From the NCBI GenBank assembly GCA_044866005.1, contig JBIOTN010000221.1, forward strand, positions 1-11,048: DNA of 11,048 nt. Reading direction: 5' to 3'. The notes below the pieces were generated by a model. That model was not told where the DNA came from. It searched no databases and saw nothing but the letters and a program-made list of their open reading frames with translations. Source of the DNA: Candidatus Rokuibacteriota bacterium (GTDB lineage Bacteria; Methylomirabilota; Methylomirabilia; Rokubacteriales; DASRDR01). Position numbers and translations under genes: made by a program. This document shows positions 7,029 through 11,048 of this stretch, piece by piece; positions within the stretch are counted from its first letter, which is position 1; every line of letters begins with the position of its first letter.

Positions 7029-8768
7029 TCAGCGGCGGACCGGCGCGAGGGGCGCCTTCTCCACGGCGAGGAGCAGGCGCTCGAGGGCCGGGGCCACCTC
7101 GCCGTGGAGGTGGATGCGGAGGACCGGCCGGCCGCGGCCGCGAAGCGCGCCGAGGTCGCCCAGGGCCTGCGCCTGCTTGAGGATCCCGAAGCTGTAGGGG
7201 CGGCCGGGGATCGGCTGGTCGGCGGGGTCGTCGGCGGTGATCTGCAGGAAGCACCCGCTGGGAGGCCCGCCCTTGTGGAGCTGGCCCGTCGAGTGGAGAA
7301 AGCGCGGCCCGTAGCCGAGCGTGGTCGCCACGTGCAGGGCATCCCGCAGCCGGTGACGCACCGCCTGGAGGAGTCGGGTATGGGCGCCGGTCGGCGCCAG
7401 GTACGCCATCAGGGCGGCGTAGCCGCCGGGCCGCAGGGCGCGGAAGTGCGCGGCGAGCAGGCCGGGAAGGTCGCGCGGCGCCTCGCCGGCGGGGCCGCCG
7501 GATGCGCTGAGCCCGTCCCGCTCCCACGCCGGCGGCTCGCTCGGCAGCCGCCCCTGGGCCTCGAACTCGGCGAGGAGCCGGCCCGTGTTGTCCTTCGACT
7601 CCTGGACGTTCGGCTCGTCGAAGGGATCGATCCCGGAGAGCGCGCCCGCGACCGCCGTCGCGAGCTCCCAGCGAAAGAACTCGCCGGCGAGGTCGAGCGG
7701 ATCGCCGAGGCGGAGCCGCAGGACCGGATGGCCCGCGGCGGCGAGCGGCGCCGCCGCGCGCTCGACCGCGGGGGCTTCGTCCTCCAGCGCCATCACCACG
7801 AACACGCGGTCGCCGCCGTAGACCGCCGGCGGTCCCGGCGCCTCGTCGGCGATCGGCACGAGGCCGCGCCCCTCCTTCCCGGTGCTCTCGGCGAGGAGCT
7901 GCTCGACCCACGCGGCGAACGGCGCGATGCCGGACGAGAGGAAGAACGTCACCTTGTCCCGGCCGGCCCGGGCCAGCTCGGCGAGCGCGACGCCGAGCCG
8001 GACGGCGCGGTTGTCGCCCGCCGGGACCTCCGCCGCGCAACCCTTCGCCATCGCGGCGGCCCGGTCGAGGAGCGCCGCGGGGTCGAGGCCGATCAGCGCC
8101 GCGGGCACGAGCCCGAAGTAGGACAGGGCCGAGTATCGCCCGCCGATGTCGGCGGGATTGAGAAAGGTCCGGCGGAAGCCGGCCTCGCGCGCGAGCCGCT
8201 CGAGCGGGGTGCCCGGGTCGGTGATCGCCACGCACCGCCGCCCCGCGCGCTCGCCGACCGCGTGCCGCAGCCGTTCCCGGAAGTAGGCGTAGAAGGCGAG
8301 CGTCTCGGTCGTCGTCCCCGACTTGGTCGAGACCAGGACCAGCGTGCGCTCGAGGGGGAGCGCGGCGGCCGTCGCCGCGACGGCGGCGGGATCGGTCGAG
8401 TCGAGCACCCGGAGGTCGAGACCGCCGGGCACGACACCGAAGGTCAGCCGCAGCACCTCGGGGGCGAGACTGGAGCCCCCCATGCCGAGGAGCAGCGCGT
8501 GGGTGAGCCCCTCCTCGCGCGCTTCCCCCGCGAACGCCCGCAGGCCCGCCGCCTCCTGCCGCATGGGCTCGACGACGCCGAGCCAGCCCAGGCGGTTCCG
8601 GACGACCTGCTGGTGGGCGGGGTCCGCCTTGAAGACGGCGGGCTCGCGCGCCCAGAGCCGCGGGACGAAACGCTCGCGCTCGAGCCGGCCGAGGGTGGCC
8701 CGGGCGCCGGCCGCCGCGGGACCGAGCGTGGCCAGGAAGCTGTCGAGCCCCGGCCCGGGATCGGCCAT
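7029..8768 (-). CDS. pgi: Glucose-6-phosphate isomerase (type usually seen as the Pgi half of Tal-Pgi fusions; stand-alone here)
   Basis: Motifs [55 protein letters not shown] and [17 protein letters not shown]. Confidence 0.92.
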   Translation of the reverse strand: MADPGPGLDSFLATLGPAAAGARATLGRLERERFVPRLWAREPAVFKADPAHQQVVRNRLGWLGVVEPMRQEAAGLRAFAGEAREEGLTHALLLGMGGSSLAPEVLRLTFGVVPGGLDLRVLDSTDPAAVAATAAALPLERTLVLVSTKSGTTTETLAFYAYFRERLRHAVGERAGRRCVAITDPGTPLERLAREAGFRRTFLNPADIGGRYSALSYFGLVPAALIGLDPAALLDRAAAMAKGCAAEVPAGDNRAVRLGVALAELARAGRDKVTFFLSSGIAPFAAWVEQLLAESTGKEGRGLVPIADEAPGPPAVYGGDRVFVVMALEDEAPAVERAAAPLAAAGHPVLRLRLGDPLDLAGEFFRWELATAVAGALSGIDPFDEPNVQESKDNTGRLLAEFEAQGRLPSEPPAWERDGLSASGGPAGEAPRDLPGLLAAHFRALRPGGYAALMAYLAPTGAHTRLLQAVRHRLRDALHVATTLGYGPRFLHSTGQLHKGGPPSGCFLQITADDPADQPIPGRPYSFGILKQAQALGDLGALRGRGRPVLRIHLHGEVAPALERLLLAVEKAPLAPVRR

Positions 8769-8769
8769 T

Positions 8770-10791
8770 CTAGCTTCGGAGGGGGGCGCCGCGGAGGAGC
8801 GCGCGGGCGCGGGCGAGCACGTTGTCGACCGTGAACCCGTACTCCCGCATGTTCACCTCCCCCGGCGCCGACGCGCCGTACCGGCTCACGCCGAGCATCG
8901 CGCCGTCATGCCCGAGCCAGCGCTCCCAGCCGAACGGCGAGCCCGCTTCCACGGCGAGGCGCCGCTTCACGTCGGGCGGGAGCACCCGCTCCCGATACTC
9001 CGGGGGCTGCGCCTCGAAGAGCTCCCAGGACGGCATGCTCACGACCCGCGCGCGCACGCCCTCCTGGACGAGCGTCGCCTGGGCCTGGGCGACGAGCGCA
9101 AGCTCGGAGCCGGTGCCGATCAGGACGATCTCGGGCCGGCCGCCCGGCGCATCGGCCAGGACGTAGGCGCCCTGGCGCGCCCCGTCGGCCGGCGCGAAGG
9201 CGGACCGATCCAGCACCGGGATCTTCTGGCGCGTGAGGACGAGCGCCGTCGGCCCGTGGCGCCGCTCGAGGGCGACCCGCCACGCCACCACCGTCTCCGC
9301 CCCGTCGCCGGGCCGGATCACGACCAGGTTCGGCATGGCCCGGAGCGCGGCGAGCTGCTCGACCGGCTGGTGCGTCGGGCCATCCTCGCCGAGGCCGATG
9401 GAGTCGTGGGTCCAGACGTAGATGACCGGCAATTCCGAGAGCGCGGCCAGCCGGACGGCCGGGCGCATGTAGTCGGAGAAGTTGAAGAACGTGCCGCAGA
9501 AGACGATGAGTCCGCCGTGATAGGCGATACCGTTCGAGATCGCGCCCATTCCGTGCTCGCGCACGCCGAAGTGGAGGTGCCGGCCCTCGTAGCTCCCGCG
9601 GAGGAAGGAGCCGGCGCCCTTGACGAGCGTCTTCGTGGACGGCGCGAGGTCCGCGTCGCCGCCGATGAGGGCCGGCAGCCGCGGCGAGATCGCCTGGAGC
9701 GCCGCGCCGCTGGCGTCGCGGGTCGCGACGGGCGTCCCGGGCGGGAAGGTGGGGAGCGCGGCGTCCCACCCGGCGGAGAGGCGCTCCGCCTGGCCGTCGC
9801 GCCACTCCGCCGCGAGGTCGGGGAATGCCCGCGCCCAGGCGTCGAAGCGCCCTTGCCATTCGGCCTGCCACCGGGCCCCGCGGGCCTCGGCCTCGCGGAA
9901 GCGCGCGAGCGCGGCCGGCGGAATGAGGAACGCCGGCTCGAGCGGCCAGCCGAGCGCCTGCTTGGCGGCCCGCAGCTCGTCCTCCCCGAGCGGCTCGCCG
10001 TGGGCCTCGTGGCTCCCGGCCTTCTTCGGGGCGCCGTAGCCGATGATGGTCCGCACGGCGATCAGCGAGGGCCGCTCCGACTCGGCCCGCGCGTCCCGGA
10101 GGGCCTTCTCCACCGCCTCGAGGTCGTTGCCGTCGGGCACCACCTGCGTGTGCCAGCCGTAGCCCTCGAAGCGCCGCGGCACGTCCTCGGAGAAGGAGAG
10201 CGCCGCCTTCCCCGCGAGCGAGACGAGGTTGTCGTCGTAGAGGACGACGAGGCGCCCGAGCCCGAGGTGGCCGGCGAGCGAGGCGGCCTCGGCGGCCACC
10301 CCTTCCATCAGGTCGCCGTCCGAGGCGATCGCGTAGGTGTGGTGGTCCACGACCGTGTGGCCCGGGCGGTTGAACCGCGCCGCCAGGTGTCGCTCGGCGA
10401 TCGCCATGCCGACCGCGTTCCCGAACCCCTGGCCGAGCGGGCCCGTCGTTGCGTCCACGCCCGGCGTGAGACCGTATTCGGGGTGGCCGGGGGTCTTCGA
10501 GCCCCACTGCCGGAAGCGCCGGATCTCCTCGAGCGGGAGCGCGTAGCCGGTCAGGTGGAGCAGGGCGTAGAGCAGCATCGAGCCGTGCCCCGCGGAGAGC
10601 ACGAAGCGATCGCGGTCCGGCCAGGCGGGATCGGCGGGGTGATACCGGAGGAAGCGGGTCCAGAGGACGTAGGCCATCGCCGCGGCGCCCATCGGCATGC
10701 CGGGGTGGCCCGACTTCGCCTTCTGGACGGCGTCGGCCGCCAGGAAGCGAATCGTGTTGACGCAGAGGGTATCCAGGTCGGAACCGCTCAT
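8770..10791 (-). CDS. tkt: Transketolase (673 aa)
   Basis: Motifs [30 protein letters not shown], the ThDP motif SDGDLMEG...[11 protein letters not shown] and [19 protein letters not shown]. Confidence 0.99.
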   Translation of the reverse strand: MSGSDLDTLCVNTIRFLAADAVQKAKSGHPGMPMGAAAMAYVLWTRFLRYHPADPAWPDRDRFVLSAGHGSMLLYALLHLTGYALPLEEIRRFRQWGSKTPGHPEYGLTPGVDATTGPLGQGFGNAVGMAIAERHLAARFNRPGHTVVDHHTYAIASDGDLMEGVAAEAASLAGHLGLGRLVVLYDDNLVSLAGKAALSFSEDVPRRFEGYGWHTQVVPDGNDLEAVEKALRDARAESERPSLIAVRTIIGYGAPKKAGSHEAHGEPLGEDELRAAKQALGWPLEPAFLIPPAALARFREAEARGARWQAEWQGRFDAWARAFPDLAAEWRDGQAERLSAGWDAALPTFPPGTPVATRDASGAALQAISPRLPALIGGDADLAPSTKTLVKGAGSFLRGSYEGRHLHFGVREHGMGAISNGIAYHGGLIVFCGTFFNFSDYMRPAVRLAALSELPVIYVWTHDSIGLGEDGPTHQPVEQLAALRAMPNLVVIRPGDGAETVVAWRVALERRHGPTALVLTRQKIPVLDRSAFAPADGARQGAYVLADAPGGRPEIVLIGTGSELALVAQAQATLVQEGVRARVVSMPSWELFEAQPPEYRERVLPPDVKRRLAVEAGSPFGWERWLGHDGAMLGVSRYGASAPGEVNMREYGFTVDNVLARARALLRGAPLRS

Positions 10792-11048
10792 CCGCTGCTC
10801 CTCTCTTCGTAGAACGGGATCAGAAGGTCGTAGAGCCGGCGGTGCCGGGCGAGGCCCTGGCGATAGTGCGCGTGGCGCGCGGGGTCGGGTCGAACGGTGG
10901 GACCGAAGCCGGCCGGCGCCGCCTCGAGCGAGGGCAGGGCCCCGAGCGCCTCGGGCGCGAGCAGGGCGGCGCCTCGGCTCGAGGCCTCCGCCTCCGTCGA
11001 GGACCGCAGCGGGACCCCGAGGACGTCGGCCATGATCTGGGTCCAGGC
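10788..11048 (-). CDS. gntK: FGGY-family carbohydrate kinase C-terminus, probably gluconokinase (5'-truncated by window edge)
   Basis: The frame is open to the edge: [14 protein letters not shown]...[11 protein letters not shown]...LG...VRPDP...Y...LY is a typical FGGY C-terminal pattern. Its stop overlaps the tkt start (ATGA). The substrate is inferred from the pentose-phosphate context. Confidence 0.72.
   Translation of the reverse strand, partial: AWTQIMADVLGVPLRSSTEAEASSRGAALLAPEALGALPSLEAAPAGFGPTVRPDPARHAHYRQGLARHRRLYDLLIPFYEERSSG
10798..10802 (-). promoter_or_regulatory. Shine-Dalgarno site for tkt
   Basis: AGGAG lies 6 nt upstream of the tkt ATG, inside the 3' end of the upstream kinase gene. 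Confidence 0.65.

Noticed and set aside
9630..9670. Transketolase GGDADLAPS instead of the common GGSADLAPS
   Set aside because: The substrate-phosphate and catalytic motifs (ATR, DLAPS, THDS...THQP, LTRQ) are intact, so there is no basis for claiming altered function.
4380..10812. Long + strand ORFs (4380..5732, 5842..7197, 7104..8834, 8323..10812) and off-frame - strand ORFs (5387..7342, 8906..10507, 3707..4357)
   Set aside because: Shadow ORFs of GC-rich genes. They overlap well-supported enzymes, are Arg/Gly/Pro/Ala-rich and carry no recognisable motifs.

Overview
GC-rich bacterial window with two convergent halves. Left (+ strand, 1-3711) is an accessory polymorphic-toxin locus. It has the 3' part of a large Rhs/YD-repeat protein (frame open from the window edge) with an intact DPxGL autocleavage motif and a 117-aa Cys/Pro-rich C-terminal tip that I cannot assign to a family. 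A translationally coupled low-GC (~49%) gene follows, encoding a membrane-anchored SmpA/OmlA(BamE)-like protein, the likely immunity protein. After that come a frameshifted ~90-bp IS21 istB remnant (not in the ORF track) and a pseudogenised mid-core fragment of a second, diverged Rhs. Right (- strand, 3772-11048) is a tightly coupled pentose-phosphate operon: FGGY gluconokinase-like (partial), tkt, pgi, zwf, opcA, DinB-family protein, with no tal or pgl in their usual slots. The zwf-opcA spacer looks like a small insertion flanked by a 9-bp direct repeat that duplicated the GTGA stop/start overlap and created a 26-codon bridging ORF. The best candidate for a new system is the Rhs tip toxin plus BamE-like immunity pair. 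All family calls rest on motif recognition by eye; no searches were run.
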